Positions 24,093 to 38,142 of a DNA stretch of 64,000 bases are shown here, one piece after another. The notes under the pieces are model-generated. The model had not been told where the DNA came from, made no database searches, and was given only the letters and a program-made list of their open reading frames with translations. Made by a program: the position numbers and the translations under genes. The stretch's first letter is position 1. Every line of letters starts with the position of its first letter. Location of the stretch: assembly GCA_048772705.1 (NCBI GenBank), contig JBLWGC010000104.1, positions 1,205,394-1,269,393 on the forward strand, in the 5' to 3' direction. Source of the DNA: Leidyana gryllorum EB-2025a. Its lineage: Eukaryota > Protista > Apicomplexa.

Positions 24093-26691
24093 ATGGCTAC
24101 GTCAACACCATTATTGACAACATCCGACTCAATAGCCGCCCTGCAGTCGGCTCTCAAGCGCTCATTCCAATTACCCCCTCGAAGTAGCGTCGCCTCTCAT
24201 TTCGGATCACAACTACCTGAAGACAACAATGCTGAAGGCGAAGATGAGAGCAGTAGTCTCCTTCGCAACCTCCAGCCAATGCCCAGTGAAACCTTCGACC
24301 TCGCCTCTCTGGTCCGCGGGGGAGGGAGAGATGCTAGCAGGCCACCCAGTGTGATCAAAGGCTTCAAAACCCCCACCACCACACCGCAGTCGGTCGCTAG
24401 TGACCTCCAATCCATGCGGACATTCCAAGATCCAGATTGGCCGCCGGTCCCAGCACGGACAGCGGCTGTCGAACAAGCCTCTACATGCCTGAGGATCTTC
24501 TCCGCCGCCGCAACCCATCAACAGTCCTTTTCTGCCAACGCCATATCGGGAGCTCTAGCCGGTGCCCTGCCGCCACACGAACAAGCTGTCCTGACGCTCA
24601 AGCTGGTCAAAGTGTTGTGCGCAAAGGTGAGTACAGAACGTGAATTCCATATCATACCCGAGCATAGCATCGACAAGTGAAAACGCTAAAGGCTGCGTTG
24701 CGCCAACAGAAGGCGCGTGCTTCTCGTCAGGTGTCGACAGTGCCAGAAGAGGGCACCGAAGACAACAACTCTCAGTCGTCCCCCACCTCGCCGCCGCCCT
24801 CGAGACCCAATTCTACACCCATACGTAAAACACCCCCTATGCGGGCACGACCACCTCGACCTCACGTAGTATCTTGTGCGATGCATACCCCAGGCTACGC
24901 TCCGCACGCCGTGAACTGTAAGAAATCAATGTAGAATGACAATCAATTGACTCCTCGACAGATGAATCTATGGCCTCTTATCCCGCACCGCGCTTGTATC
25001 ACAGCACCGCGTTGTCAGCGGCAACCGGACCAGTTGTTCTCGGCCCGGTGTGCCGAGTAAGTTCCGTAGCGGAGCCAAGAGCCATGTCGCCGGGGGTGGG
25101 GTTGTATAATTCGGTACCTCAAGAGGCCCCAGATGATTGTGAACGGCATCACAGTCACCAATCGGTGCCCTCCGCGAACGAAGAACTCCATATTGTGAAC
25201 GATCTGAGGGACTTGCGTCATTTTATCGACAGTCTTCGCCAAGACCTCAAAATCAACATGGGCGCTGGAGCTATCGGAACCGAGGCAGTACATGTGCGCC
25301 CCGCAACGGATACCGAACAGCCAATGGCAAAGGATGCGGGCACAACCACAACATCCGAGGTCGTGGACCAGCAGACGCAAACGAGCCCGGTAGCTGGGGG
25401 GAATCCAAACCGATCCTTCATGCCTATACCCCCCTTGCCTGCTGGTCGCTACTCAAGTTACGCATCGGGTCTCGCACCCGACCTGGGCACGGGACTGCCT
25501 CCCTCTCCTCGTCCAAACTCCCCTTGTCTGCATAAACGAAGCCCCAGAGGACTGATACTGACCGGGGGGTCCAGTCGCTCGGTACCGTTCGTGGATCCCG
25601 AAGCCTCAGACCATCTCCCTCGTCCTCGCCTCTCAGTGTTCCGCACAGAGCCTGGTGAAGCTGCACAACTTCAGAAGCCTCCTTGGGCTGTCGGAGGTTT
25701 GAGCAGCGTCAATGTTAGCAGAGGCGGAAGTCAAGATACGCGGTATATGAGCGACTATGACTCCGCCGCCGATGAAAGGAGGCGTCGTCAGGGTCTGGAA
25801 CGATACTATGCCGAACTTCAGCGGAGTACCCACAGGTCCGAAGCAGAAAGCCGCTATGACACTGTCGACTATACTATCAATTATGCCTCTACAGCTGCCC
25901 CATCAGCAGGCTACTACACTGGCAACGCGGTGCCACCGGATGATGAGTACTATGTACCAGTGGAGGAGGGGGGGACGGACTCACCTCCGTCAGGGCGCGA
26001 CTATGGCGAGAACGAATATCGAAGAGAGGGAGGACGCGACCTACCCCCCTTCGTTGATGACGATATTGTGGCTTCATCCGAGGACGCAGCCACGCCCGCC
26101 TTTGCAGAACAGGTCGAAATCCAAATTCGGCTTCAGACCAGTGGGTCAACACCTGATCAGCACCTACATGGGGAAGATACTGGATCGCCAAACGCGACAG
26201 CCTACCAACAGTCACCAACAGACAGTCCGAACGCCCATGACAGGCAGTCTGAATCACCCTCTCACGATTTGACTCTATTGCACTCACCCATAGGACATGG
26301 AGGTGGTACTTTTGAGTCGCCCGCCGAACGATACCGACAGATGCATCACCTTACAGCTGGTCCCCGCCTGAATAGTCGCAATTCCAGTCCTTCAGCGAGC
26401 CCGCCCTCGAGAGACTATAGACGACTTCTCCGACCGGTTATTGGCGGCTCCCCAACGTCTGATGGCCAATTGTCCCCTCCAGGCATTACATCCCCGCTTG
26501 GCTCGCCCACACTAACCTCTCCGAATTCTTTGACAACTGGTTCCCCGATCTCTCCGGGAGGGCGCTCTATGGACTCCCCCTCTCAGCCGGTCCGGCGACG
26601 TTCGTACAAAGGCATTAGGCAGAGGAGCTCGGGAGATTTGCGGTATATTCAATCACCAATGAGCGCCGAAGGCAGCCCATTGAGCGCTTGA
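24093..26691 (+). CDS. Hypothetical Ser/Pro-rich low-complexity protein, multi-exon
   Basis: ORFs 24093-24680, 24677-24934 and 24970-26691 are joined by GTGAGT..AG and GTAAGA..CAG introns. Confidence 0.65.
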
Positions 26692-26718
26692 CCGTGTGTT
26701 TTCGGATTCCACACACGA

Positions 26719-27796
26719 ATGCGACGACTTGCTTTACTATGCCAGACTGCCTTCAGTGCAGCATCAATGCTCAACATCCGCTCTGAACCACTGGCAATAG
26801 GCAATAGTGTTGCTCGCGGCATAGGAGGAGGGTTCGAACGCATGGTGAGTTATAACGGTGTGCTGCCGCCTATCTTGCCACCATATATCACATTCTCGCA
26901 CCCAGGCAAATCAGAAGTCAAGTATGAGGAGATTGGACGCGATGGAAAATCAAGTACAACAACCCCGAGAACCCGCAGGGGGAGATATAACTACGAATTG
27001 GAATGAAGCTAGAGCAGCTGTGAGACACACACCTTCATTTTGGACCGACAAACATTTGCATCTGTCAGATCACGAACAGTGAAACTGAGCGTGAGCTCGC
27101 GAACTCAAAGGTTGCTATCGCTGGTGAGTTTCTGAATGTCGACGTCAATATGCGCTGTTGTTGTTTGCACTCATAGAAGGATTAGTCAAGGCCGCTGAGG
27201 AGTCCCAAGTGGAAGGCCCCGCTTCTCCTGAAGACTATACAGAAGCGGATCGCGAGAGAATCTATGGTCACAATCTATTGACAGCTCAAGAAGCCTTTCA
27301 CGCTGCAGTTAAGAAGTTAAGGGACACTCAATGGGATCTCAATTTGGCTAATCAAGACATATCCAAAGTTGAAGCTCAAGCTCAATCAGCCGATGAATGT
27401 GACCTACGAAATGTCCCAACAGAGAATAACCTAGGCGTGATGCACCGGCGCGCTGATAGAGTAGCGAGAACGCTGGATGAATTGACTGACCGCCTGAACG
27501 AAGCCGAGGATCATTTGGCGTCGTTGCCCCAGCCCGCTGGACAGGAGAATTTGACTGCCGAAGAGATTGACGCAGCTGTAGCAGCTGCTAACGACGAAGC
27601 CCTAGAAGAAGGTGCGCTGGAGAGAGAAAGGGGAGAAGAAGACCAAGCGATCGACCAGGACGAAGATTTGGCTGCTCCTCAAGAGGGACCAGAGGCTCAT
27701 CACAGGGAAGAAACTACCACACACCACTTAGCGCATGGAGAAGGCGATTTCGGGCACCTGGATCATGTATTGTCTACTCCGGGAGGTTTCTTCTGA
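26719..27796 (+). CDS. Hypothetical acidic coiled-coil protein, possibly secreted, multi-exon
   Basis: Short exons separated by GTGAG introns lead into ORF 27158-27796 (heptad pattern, Glu/Ala-rich). Confidence 0.55.
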
Positions 27797-27890
27797 CACA
27801 GCACAGCAACTTTAGTACGGGCTGAACGCCTAGCTGGTGATCCAGTGCCTCGTGCATCAGCTAAGCTCAGGTGTCACCAGCACTCACTAC

Positions 27891-29784
27891 TCATTCATCA
27901 TTGGGCACAATGATATCGTCTATTTTGAGTATCATCTTGACGACCTGAGTGGCCAATGCGAACTGGTGGAGCTTGGAGTTCAGCGACTCATACACCTGGG
28001 CGCTCAACATATCGTTAGTCTTCCCAGCCAAGCAGTCTACACCGATATTAGGATTTCCCTCAGCAACCTGGCGGCCCCTCAAGTCTCCCACTGTGTGAAT
28101 GGCGTCCATTCCACTGTTCTCGGCCAACGCTTCTGGAATGCTCAACAACGCTTCGGCGAAGGCTTCCAGAGCATGCTGCTCAATCGTGGGGGTCTTGCGA
28201 GCGGCTTCCATAACACTCAAGGCGGCAGCGGTCTCGACGGCACCTCCACCTGGCACCACTCGAGGATCGCAAATCAAGTTGCGAACGACACATAAAGCAT
28301 CGTGAATACATCTCTTCGCCTCACTGATCACCATGGCGTTGCCACCTCGAATCAAAATAGTGACAGCCCGACCCTTAGGGCATCCTGAAATGGAAGAAAA
28401 GATTAAGACGTTCCGATGTGGACACAAGTGGAATGTAAGAAGTTGCCGAAGTTACACACACATGCGTGGAATCATCAAAGTTACCTTCGATCAAGATGGT
28501 CTTCTCGTCTTCGGTTCCAATCGAAATTTCCTTGACAACCTTTGCAGTTCCGAGCTTCTCAGCAGTGAGATCTTCGAACCGAGGAACGATATGTCCACCA
28601 GTGGCGAGCGAAACCAGCTCGATCTCTTGACCGCCGACCCAACGCACGGCAGGGAGATTTTCCCTCAAGAGCAGATGGTTGGCTTCGTCATCGAAACCCC
28701 ATTGACACAACACAACATTTGCTCCTGATTTCTTGACACACTCAACCATATCCTTGAAGTATTTTTGTTCTTGTGCCAGCAGGTCCTTGTAAGCATCCGA
28801 GCTCTTGATGGAGAGTTTATGTTTGGTTTTCGGCTTGGGCTGTTAGGGAACGGCAAGTCTCAATGGGGTTGAAGGGCCATTGGTACTTACGGGTTCAAAT
28901 GGACAGGTGAGGATAGCAATTCGGGCATCCTCTACACACTTGTTCATCTGCGAGTGGCTGAAGTCTTTGTTTAAGGCAATGCCTTCGATGAGCATGGTGT
29001 CTTCCAGTTTGCCTCCGGCTTTGCCTTCGACTTTGATGAGGTCGAAGTTGACGTCCCGTCTCTCGAGATCGGCCACGGCGAGAACGGCGCGGACGCAAAT
29101 ATCGGCGAGTTCCGAGGCTCTACTGGAGACAACCTTACTGCAGAGGGCAGTCATGGCTGCATGGCGACTGTGAAGGAGACAGCTGATGAAAGTGCGGAGT
29201 GAATGGACTTACAGGACATCTTCTTGCACACCCATGGAAACAGCAACGGATTCGATTCTCTTGGCAGCAACGCGACAGGCGGTTTCGTAGCCGTCAGCGA
29301 TGTGGAGGGGATGAAGTTTCTTGTCCTGAAGTTTGAGGGCCTGATCGAGGAGAGCGCCTGCCAGAACCACAACACCGGTGGTGCCATCACCAATCTCCTC
29401 GTCCTGGGACTTGGAGAGGTCTACAAGAAGGCGGGCGCACTCATGTTCGACCTGAAGGAACGGATAGGTTTGCGGAGGGGGGTGTGAGCAGAGGGGGGTG
29501 TGGGCAGACAGAGAGGTTTACACGATGGGAGGGTGTGCTTTCGAACTTACGGGCATCTTCTTCAAGATGGTAGCGCCGTCATTGGTGACGGTTACATCGC
29601 CATCAGGACTGACGATGATTTTGTCCATACCACGAGGACCGAAGGAGGTGCGAATGGTTTGTGCGACTTGTGACGCTGCGAGGATGTTGGCTTTCTGAGC
29701 CTCATATCCCTTCAACCGTTTCTTCTCCTCCTGGTCTTGAATAAGAATAATGGGGGCTCCCCCAAACTCACTCAGACCAACCAT
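27891..29784 (-). CDS. CCT5: T-complex protein 1 subunit epsilon
   Basis: [63 protein letters not shown]; multi-exon. Confidence 0.95.
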
Positions 29785-29820
29785 TGTGTTCTAAACTTTT
29801 GTTTTGTGTGGGTGAAAAGT

Positions 29821-30324
29821 TCATTGGGCGATGAACATGAGAGCAGCAGCAGTGACAAATAAAGCTGTTGGGATTGCAGGTATGAGGGAGGTGGCGGCAT
29901 CTTTGCTTTTTGAAGTTGAATCTTCACTCTCTGTCTTGACAACTATGTCTACTTGCTGGGCTGCAGCCTGCTGTGTGCTGTTGGATGGTGGGGGTCCGCT
30001 GGGTTGTGAAGAGGAATTTGTGGTGTTGTTATCATCGCCTCTCCTCTCTTTATGGTCTTTACCGCCTTTGTTCTCTGCATCCTTTGCTTTCTTATCCTGT
30101 TCGACCGCTTTCCGTTTCTCTTTGGCTGCCTTTTCTTCTTCTTTAGCCTCTTTCACTTCGACCTGGGCAAAGTTGGCATAGGGGGCGTCGGATTCCTCAT
30201 ACGGGAGATAGGGGTCGGGGCCCAACTCAAAAGGCTGTGCGCCCGGTAGTCTCCCGTAGGGGGCGGCTGCGGTGAGATGGGTTGCTGTGAGCGCGAGCGC
30301 GATTTGAAGTGTAGCGAGACGCAT
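29821..30324 (-). CDS. Small secreted, probably GPI-anchored protein
   Basis: Signal peptide, K/E-rich and S/T/N-rich body, hydrophobic C-terminus. Confidence 0.7.
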   Translation of the reverse strand: MRLATLQIALALTATHLTAAAPYGRLPGAQPFELGPDPYLPYEESDAPYANFAQVEVKEAKEEEKAAKEKRKAVEQDKKAKDAENKGGKDHKERRGDDNNTTNSSSQPSGPPPSNSTQQAAAQQVDIVVKTESEDSTSKSKDAATSLIPAIPTALFVTAAALMFIAQ

Positions 30325-30405
30325 GGCTATGAGAGGAGCTGTTTATGTGGACATTCGACATGCAGTACATGTCTTGTGTTGGTACGGCAAAATAGCACTA
30401 ATCGA

Positions 30406-30831
30406 TCAAACGAGTACGAGGAAAAAGGTGACTGATAAGAGTAGGGGTATAGTGAGCGAGCAGATGAGGTTGCTTATCGCTCCCGAGGTAGCCGTGGTAG
30501 TAGGGGTAGCTCCCGTCAATTGTGTAATAATTGCTGAGGCAGTCCCTCCGGCACCGGCACTGCCGTATGGGGATGTTTGGCCAAGAACGGTGCCAACAAC
30601 AGACGCTCCGCCCAGCAGAGCAGAAGCCATGCCTCCCTTTTGCAGAAAGTTGCTTGGGAGGTCGTCGTACATGGCCCCGCCTGCGTCTGCCATTGCCCTT
30701 CCAGATCCGTCACAGTCCCGGAAACGCCTTCCACGAGCAGAAGTATCACAGGCCAAAACCAATGAGTTGATACAGAACATCACGAGACACAGCATTATTG
30801 AAGGCCTCCACATGATCACCATCAAGTGCAT
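30406..30831 (-). CDS. Small secreted, probably GPI-anchored Gly/Ala/Thr-rich protein
   Basis: 3' part of ORF 30406-31017: hydrophobic leader ..IMLCLVMFCINSLVLA and C-terminal SGA + LICSLTIPLLLSVTFFLVLV. Confidence 0.6.
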   Translation of the reverse strand: MHLMVIMWRPSIMLCLVMFCINSLVLACDTSARGRRFRDCDGSGRAMADAGGAMYDDLPSNFLQKGGMASALLGGASVVGTVLGQTSPYGSAGAGGTASAIITQLTGATPTTTATSGAISNLICSLTIPLLLSVTFFLVLV

Positions 30832-30847
30832 GTGCACAAATGCACAA

Positions 30848-33800
30848 TCACGAAAAGTAGATCGGCGTGCCACGATGTTCGTCGAGTATCTCTCTCTGCT
30901 CGGCGGTAAAAATACCTTTGATCTCACGTTCCCATTCCTTCTGATGCCACTTGAAGAAATCTTGTAAGCAATGCTCCACTGTGGCACGCGCGGCGTCAGG
31001 ATTCCTACGTGTCCCAAACTGGGCGAAGTGACAGATAATCTGAGGCAGCCAGAACGGTTTGCTCGATAGAGCTGTGCCGATGATGGACGCTAAACCAAAC
31101 AGAGCTCCCATGCGCTTAGAATCCGAGGGTTTGATAGGATCGTGGGGACTCCCGAGAACTTCGACCAGCCGTTGAGCAGATTGAGATTGCTCTTGGGGAG
31201 AGAGAGTGGACATGAACGACTGGTACGCAATTCGAGCGTTATTGGTCACCGATGTGTTGACATTGCACAATGCCAATTCGAGGAATTCTTGAACAAAGCG
31301 ATTGAGATCGGGATTCAACATATGTGCAATTCGCTGTTCAACTCCGTAGATATGGATCATGCGCACCACAGTCATCTGTACAAACCAATCCGCTCGTCCA
31401 TAGGCCTCCTTCAGTTTCTCCAACAGTCTGCGGCAATAACGTTGATGAAACATTCGGTCCCACTTACGCCCATTCGATCATCTCGTTCCGAAGAGCCAGA
31501 TGGGGGGTCGCTGCCAGTGATAGACACGTCGCTTCGGCCGCATTCTTCAATTCCTCTTCCGGATGGGCGCGACAAGCCAACATCAAATCCAACATCTGAT
31601 GATAAACAAAGGATTCGGCTTAGCCAAGAGGAGACAAACTCGATTTAACTCACTCCAATGTCATGTTGGCTGGCGGAGATGTTGAGACTATTTCGGTTGG
31701 CCAACCCGCTGACGATCAAATGAGTCTTGACGAAAGCAATATCAGCGGGTCTCTCGTCGGAAGTGAAGCCTTTATCTGTCAAAGAGAGTTTGAAATAGCC
31801 AAGTCAGAAAATGGAGACGTCTCCGTCTCCTTGTTACTTACCAGCGCATATCTTGGCATCCTTGAGGGTGACTTCAATTAACTCTGGCACGCGTTCTGAC
31901 TGCCAAGAAGTGTATCGACGTCCAGCCGTCTCGGCCAGATCGCTGATCGCTTTGGCCTTTTCGGGTCCGGCCAACTCGGTCCAAGTTCGCTGATGGTACA
32001 TCAGACTGCTGATGGTGCCCAGCATCGCTTGAGCGACATCTTCCCGGAGTTTCTTGTGAGTGACGTGGAAGGACTCGTTAGACATCAAGAAATTGATCTG
32101 CATTTCGGTGACGTCGGGGCGCAGTCCATTCAAAGACCCAATCAAGAAGGCCAATGCTCGGAGACGGCGAACATCCTCGAGTGAGGTGGTGGTGTTAGAG
32201 GGATCAACTTCGCGCTCGCCAATTTTGTTGGGCACCAATGGAGGGGGCGGGATGAAACGCTCGTCCTCGACGACGCCGTGGACGATAAAGTTGAGGATTG
32301 CATTGACGTAATTATTCCAATGTGGTCCAAAGGATTTGACATTGGCCTCGAAGGGTCTCGTGACTGGCTTGGCGGGAGTCAATATGTCACCGAGACAGTA
32401 GCGTCCAACATCATACCACATCATGGCGTCCTCGGGCGTGGAGCGTTGGAGTTGACGAACGACAACTGGATGGCAAATGCGGAACATCTCGCGTCTGTGT
32501 TCGGGCTCCCATTTCCTGCACGCTCTCAGAACGCCCGCAATGCTCTCGGCTAAAGCGGCTGGGACTTCGTCGTCAGCGATGGGGTGATCTGCCCATTTGT
32601 TCCAGACTTGAGTAACTTTGTTGCGCATAATTTGCTGTAGACAGACCTCAGGGCCGCAATAACGGTAAAGATACTGAGCGAGCGACTGAGGGAATATACA
32701 GCAATGGACACTGAAAGATTTGAAGAGTTTGCCAATCCGAGTGGAAGGCCATGTCCGATCCAATCGTATCATATCGACCACCAAGTCGTACAACAAGTCG
32801 ACCTTCGTTGAGCGTTTTCTCAATTGCATATGGACTTGAGGCAGACACTGGAGCATTTGAGCGGCACCGTTCGCGAAACTCTCAGCCATCTTTGGAGTCG
32901 ATGGAATCTGTTTGCTGAGAACCATCTTGAGAAGTATCGATGTCCCACAAAGTCCGAGAGATGTGAAGAGCGACGAATGGGTTGTGCTATCGGATGAGTC
33001 TATCAGAATGGTGACCAAACGATCGACGAGCGAGAGGTCGTGTTGCAATATATCCACGTCGATCAACGACAGAGCCCACGTCATTGCCACCAGACGAGAT
33101 CGCCAGTGCATCCCGGTCTCTTTCTCCAAACGGGTCAGTAGCTCTCCCAACAAACGGCTGCCGTCACTTGGGTCACTGAATTTGTGGCGTTGTTCCAGAA
33201 GGAAGCGACTGAATTGTATCAGACGCAATTTGAGAGTTTCCAGTTCGAGTGGCACAGCCAATCGATCCACAATCGCCAAAGCTAATTGTGGGAGAAGTTT
33301 GGTGTCACATACGACCCGATGGAGGAATTGTCCATCGATCACCAAGTGAATGAGTCCCGTCTGTTGGACGTGCAGTATGATCTTCTGTTTGTCCTTATCA
33401 TTGCGGCTCGCCAGCATAGCGGCATCAATGGAACTTTCGACCTCATCCCGTCCACCACCGCCTTCTTTGCGATCCGCAGAGGTCGTGACCACCATGTGAC
33501 CCGATGAAGCTCTCAAGAAGTTCACCGCAGCCGGTATGTCACTTCTCTTATTCTTGTCTGTGAAGTTGTCGCCTTCGCCGTCTCCCGCACCTCCTGCCCC
33601 CTCCGATGTGTCATTTCCATTACCTCCCATTCCGGTGTTGGCGGTGATCTCGGTGCGTCCATCGTCCGCAGGAGGAGGCAACATTCCAAACTCGCCGGAT
33701 TTCAAATCGTCATCCTCTTGAGGACATGAGAGCGGGGTATCCCGAACCTCCAGTTGCGCTGGTGCCGGGCCAATGGCACGGGCTTGATATGCCACCTGGT

Positions 33801-36800
33801 TGAATTGCTTCACCATATACTCCAGGAGACACCGGGCAGCGTCTCGGTGAGCGAGTGACATGTGTACCAGCGATTCTTGAGCTCGTTTTCTGATCTCAGC
33901 GTACAGATATGTAGCTTGCGCCAACGTGTATTGAAACAATTTGCGACGTTCTCCGTCAAACGGAAGGTCTTGTCGCCGGAGATGGTTTCGCAAGAACCAC
34001 GAATGATGGAGACGTTCGATGAAAGCTATTTGAGTCAAGTCCTCCAGCAAAGCGATATTACACGTCTTTGCTCGAGGATTGACCCAAATATTGAACGTTG
34101 TCCACCATTCCAGATTCCGGCAGAAATCGGCCGCCGACTCGTCCCCCCATTCACGCATAACCGTCACTTGAGTTAAATTCAGTAGTTTCCGCATCAACTT
34201 GGTCAACTCGATGTCTCCCACCTCTACGGAGAAAATGGTCATTGGTGTCGTCAATTGTCGACGAAACTCAGCCACAGACAGCTATAGTGGGGACAAAGCA
34301 ATCAATGCCGACTCACCTTTGGTTGGAACAATAGAGTAGCCCAGTGTGTCAGAATCTATCTGAATTCCGACCCATTCCAGAGCGCTCTTCTCAACGAAGC
34401 GACTTCCGATCTTGAGAAGGATGCCTCCCAAAGGCCCAGTTTGTGCCGCCACTCGGGGCACGAAAGGCACATCCACTGGTCTCTCGTCAGGATAGGCAAA
34501 AGAGAATGCTTCCATTGTCTTCTTCAAGATTCGACAAGTACGGTACAAAGCCGTCGCCAAGTGTTTGGCTGTAAGAAGGCACAATTACAAATTGAGCTCG
34601 TTGCTCGTAGCTCGTATAACACTTACGATCATCGTCCTCATCCTCTTTGGCTTCGTCTTTGCCGCTCTGTTTGGGTTTGATTGGCACCTCGATGTCAACT
34701 GCATCGGGACGGCGGAATGCCGTTCTGATTTCGTCGGTTATAGAGTTGATTGGCAGGGCTTCTTGAAAGAACCTGACGTGTTGTCCGAGCTTAGATTCTT
34801 CGCTGTGAAGACCTTTTAGATAAGGCATGATAACTGTCAAAAGCACTCTGACTGCGGCATCGTGGTCCTCATCGCACGGGGCTGTCCAGCCAGCAGTGGG
34901 GCACTCGTACCGCGCAACGGCTTCCTGAGAACCGTCCCATGAAATTCTCAACCATCGGGGCAACGCCCAACTGGCCAACCCCTCATAATCATTGGACACA
35001 TTTTCGCTCTGACGGAAAGGGGAAGGCGCAGTCTCCAGAAGCACACTGATGATATTGGTGGCAATAGCCAAACCCGTCTTGAATACTTTCTTGTTGGGGG
35101 AATGCATATACACCCACGCCACCTTGGCGAGACGGGTGCTGTGCTTACGCACAATGGGCTTGTCGCATCTGCAGAAGAAAGCTTAGAAGAAATAGCGTCT
35201 CCACTGCACTTACATCATGAGAAGTGCCGTGAGGAGATTGGTGAGCCATAGGTGCATTCGGGTACTCGTATTAGAATTCATGGCATTGTCGGAAATCATT
35301 CGACGTTCAAATTTGCTCAAGAGATATTCAAGCGGATCGAAAGTCTTGATAGTCGCAAACCCAGCTATAACAGCATCAGCAAGTCTCTGCACTGGGGGTC
35401 GTGCCTCCAAAAGAGCCCAGTCAAGGAACCTATCGAAAGCTCTCCGCTGACACTCCTCGCCGAGGTCGACAACCACACAGACTACCAGTGATTGGATCGT
35501 GGGACCAATAGGGTCGCTGGGTATCTCCTGAAGAGAAAACACGTTTGCACGGAGAGAGAGAACGAGAGAGAGAGAGAGTGTGTGTGTGTGTGCAGATCAA
35601 CAAAGAGATGGCCGCGTGATCGGCTTTCCATCGCACGAGAGACGAGATTTGATCTCTCACTCACCCCAGATTGTAGTCTGGACAGGGTGTCCAGGAAAAT
35701 ATCCAACAGTCTCAAAAACCACTCTGAGATACGGGTACTGATCGCATGACGTTGTTCCAAGAGGGTCTTGAACTGCTCAGGTGATTGATAGCCCCAATTC
35801 TCCTCCATCAACATATCCATGGCGACTGAGTCTCGCAGGGGAGCCTCCTCAGGGAGCTCGATCATGGGATCATCCAGTCGTTCATCCGGGTATGCCAGTA
35901 GAGAGTTATGGGGATACTTGGCCTGGAACTCTGTGAAGGAGTCGCCATTTTGACGCGTCTTATATCCGAATATGGGTAGCAGTATCCGCTGCAATTCGCC
36001 GAGTTTGGCATCGTAGAGGTCGCAATCTCCGTGGGTGGACATCGGCAAGAAACTGACCAATGCCAAATACATACTTATCACATGAAGAGACTTGGCCGGC
36101 TCTGCTGGGTCCATCGATTGATCCACTAAATCCAAAAGACGAGCCAATGCCATTGGTTGGTATGCCACCAGGAAACGACTCATCCTTCCGAGCAGCTTCA
36201 GAGCCACTATCATGGGGTAAGGTTCCGTCGTACTCTCCAGATAGGGATTGATCCTGTGGAAAAGGGAAGAGATGTGAGAGACAGGCGAGAGAGACGGAAA
36301 TGTGCGGAGCAAATTCTCACACAGCAGCACCACCAGAACTCACTTGAGAAGGAGTCTTGGAATGACATAGTGGGGCGCGAGAGCGCATAGATCGATGAGA
36401 ATGTCTTCGTATGACATTCGAGCATTCTCGTCTTTCCGCATAACGCCTCTCAGGGCCATTGGGAGAACAACTTGAATCAACAACCTGTCTTCCACAGGTC
36501 CGAGGCGGTAAGACTGTTCTGCCTGAGTGCACCCAACTGTTTCTCTGCGGAATGATGCCCGCTCGCGGCCAACACGTCGGAGATAGGCTCCCACAAGGGC
36601 ACCAGCGAAACTAGCGATAGCTCCTTCTTCTCTGACGGGCGGTGCTGAGCTCAGGGTGTATAGAGCCAGAATGCGCAGCAGACCGAGCAGACGATTCATG
36701 CTGGAGGGGTCTTGGCAATAGGGTTTGAGTGTATAGATAACGATGTTTGCGGCTGAACGTTTGAGACTGAGACCACTCAACACAAGCGCTGAGTAGTCAC

Positions 36801-38087
36801 CCGATACTTTGAGATCAGTAGGACAGAATGCGTTCTTGACGCCCACAGAGGGTACTTTCAGCGTAGCCCTCGAAATGTGGGTGAGGACTCGGGGCGTCAC
36901 AATTTCGGCTTCTTCCAGCAAAGGCGTCCCACACGCCCATCCATATTTGATTGCACGAGCGGCGATGGCTGTCCAGGCCGTCTCCCAAGCGTTGCTGGCA
37001 CACACCGGATAGTTCTGCCACCACTTCCATAAGCGACCGCTCTTCATCAACTTGTAACAAGCCTCATTATCAGTGAACATATACATCAGACGAGGCGCCA
37101 GATGCATCCGAGCGGATGAAACGTCAATCACAAAAGGTGTCAGTTCGGTTATGACGTGTTCGTCCAACTTCTCCAATGTCCAAAAGTAGCGGGCCTGCGA
37201 CACCGCCTGACTCAAAGCACGATGCCACTCCTTGATATTCGAGCATGCTGCCAGGAACATCAACGATCTTTAAAGGCTCGGTGACCAAGTACGACATACC
37301 TGTTGACACTGGTCGCCGATAACTACTCCGCAGTTTAACCATAAACGCTTCATAGAACCATTTAGGGTCCAAGAAATCGTCACAACAGTCCCGCAACAGC
37401 TGACGACGTTCCTCGAATCCGGTCATCCAAGGTCGGGCCTCCAACTTCCATCGTAACAACTCAAGCCATCCCGCCAGTTGTCCGACTATTTTACTCGAGA
37501 TATTCAGCGGCAAACATCGCCCGTCCTCTTGCGGCGTTGTCAACTGCACATTGTGTGTCGGACAGCAGAAGAAGAAGGCGCGCGTATGCACAAAGGAGAC
37601 ACATACACACACAACACAATACGACAGGCCACCCAACACTCGACCCCATCATCAATTGAGTGTAAAGCACCACGGCGTGGGAGAGACACACGTTTGAAGA
37701 GCGTTCCACCGTGCAACAGCGGACGGTCGCTGGTACAGCACGCAGCAAAGTTACGTCACGCCATAAAGCACCGAAGAGGGCTACGCCACTTACGGCTTTC
37801 CAGAGGTGGCGGAGGACAGTCTGGTAGAAGGAGAGGTCTATCTCCTTGGTGTCGGTGGCCCAACACGCATTTGTCTTCTCGTGAATGTGGCGGTAGCGGC
37901 TTGATAGACTTTCCCAGCGCGAGATACCTGCTGTGGTTCTGACTGTGTCGCCTTCAAGCAGTCGCAGCAGCTCTGTTTTCACATCGGTAGCTTCCTTCTC
38001 ATGGGCTGCTGCAACGGCTCCAGGCAGAATTCGCTCAAAGTGACTGTCTTCCAGTAGTGAACGAAACCTCTTCAAATCACCTCTCAT
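30848..38087 (-). CDS. PSME4: Proteasome activator PA200/Blm10 (HEAT/ARM solenoid)
   Basis: Very long multi-exon helical protein with the PA200-type C-terminal region (FWLPQII..LQDFFKWHQKEW..FTAEQREIL..PIYFS); MDPAEPAKS and YAEIRKRAQ resemble conserved PA200 segments. Confidence 0.82.
35551..35592. repeat. Compound (GA)n(GT)n microsatellite in a PA200 intron
   Basis: gagagagag..gagagagagagagagtgtgtgtgtgtgtg read directly. Confidence 0.8.
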
Positions 38088-38142
38088 CCCCACACGCCAA
38101 AATTCCCGAAGATGCACAGCTCTCCCCACTCAGGCATGCACT

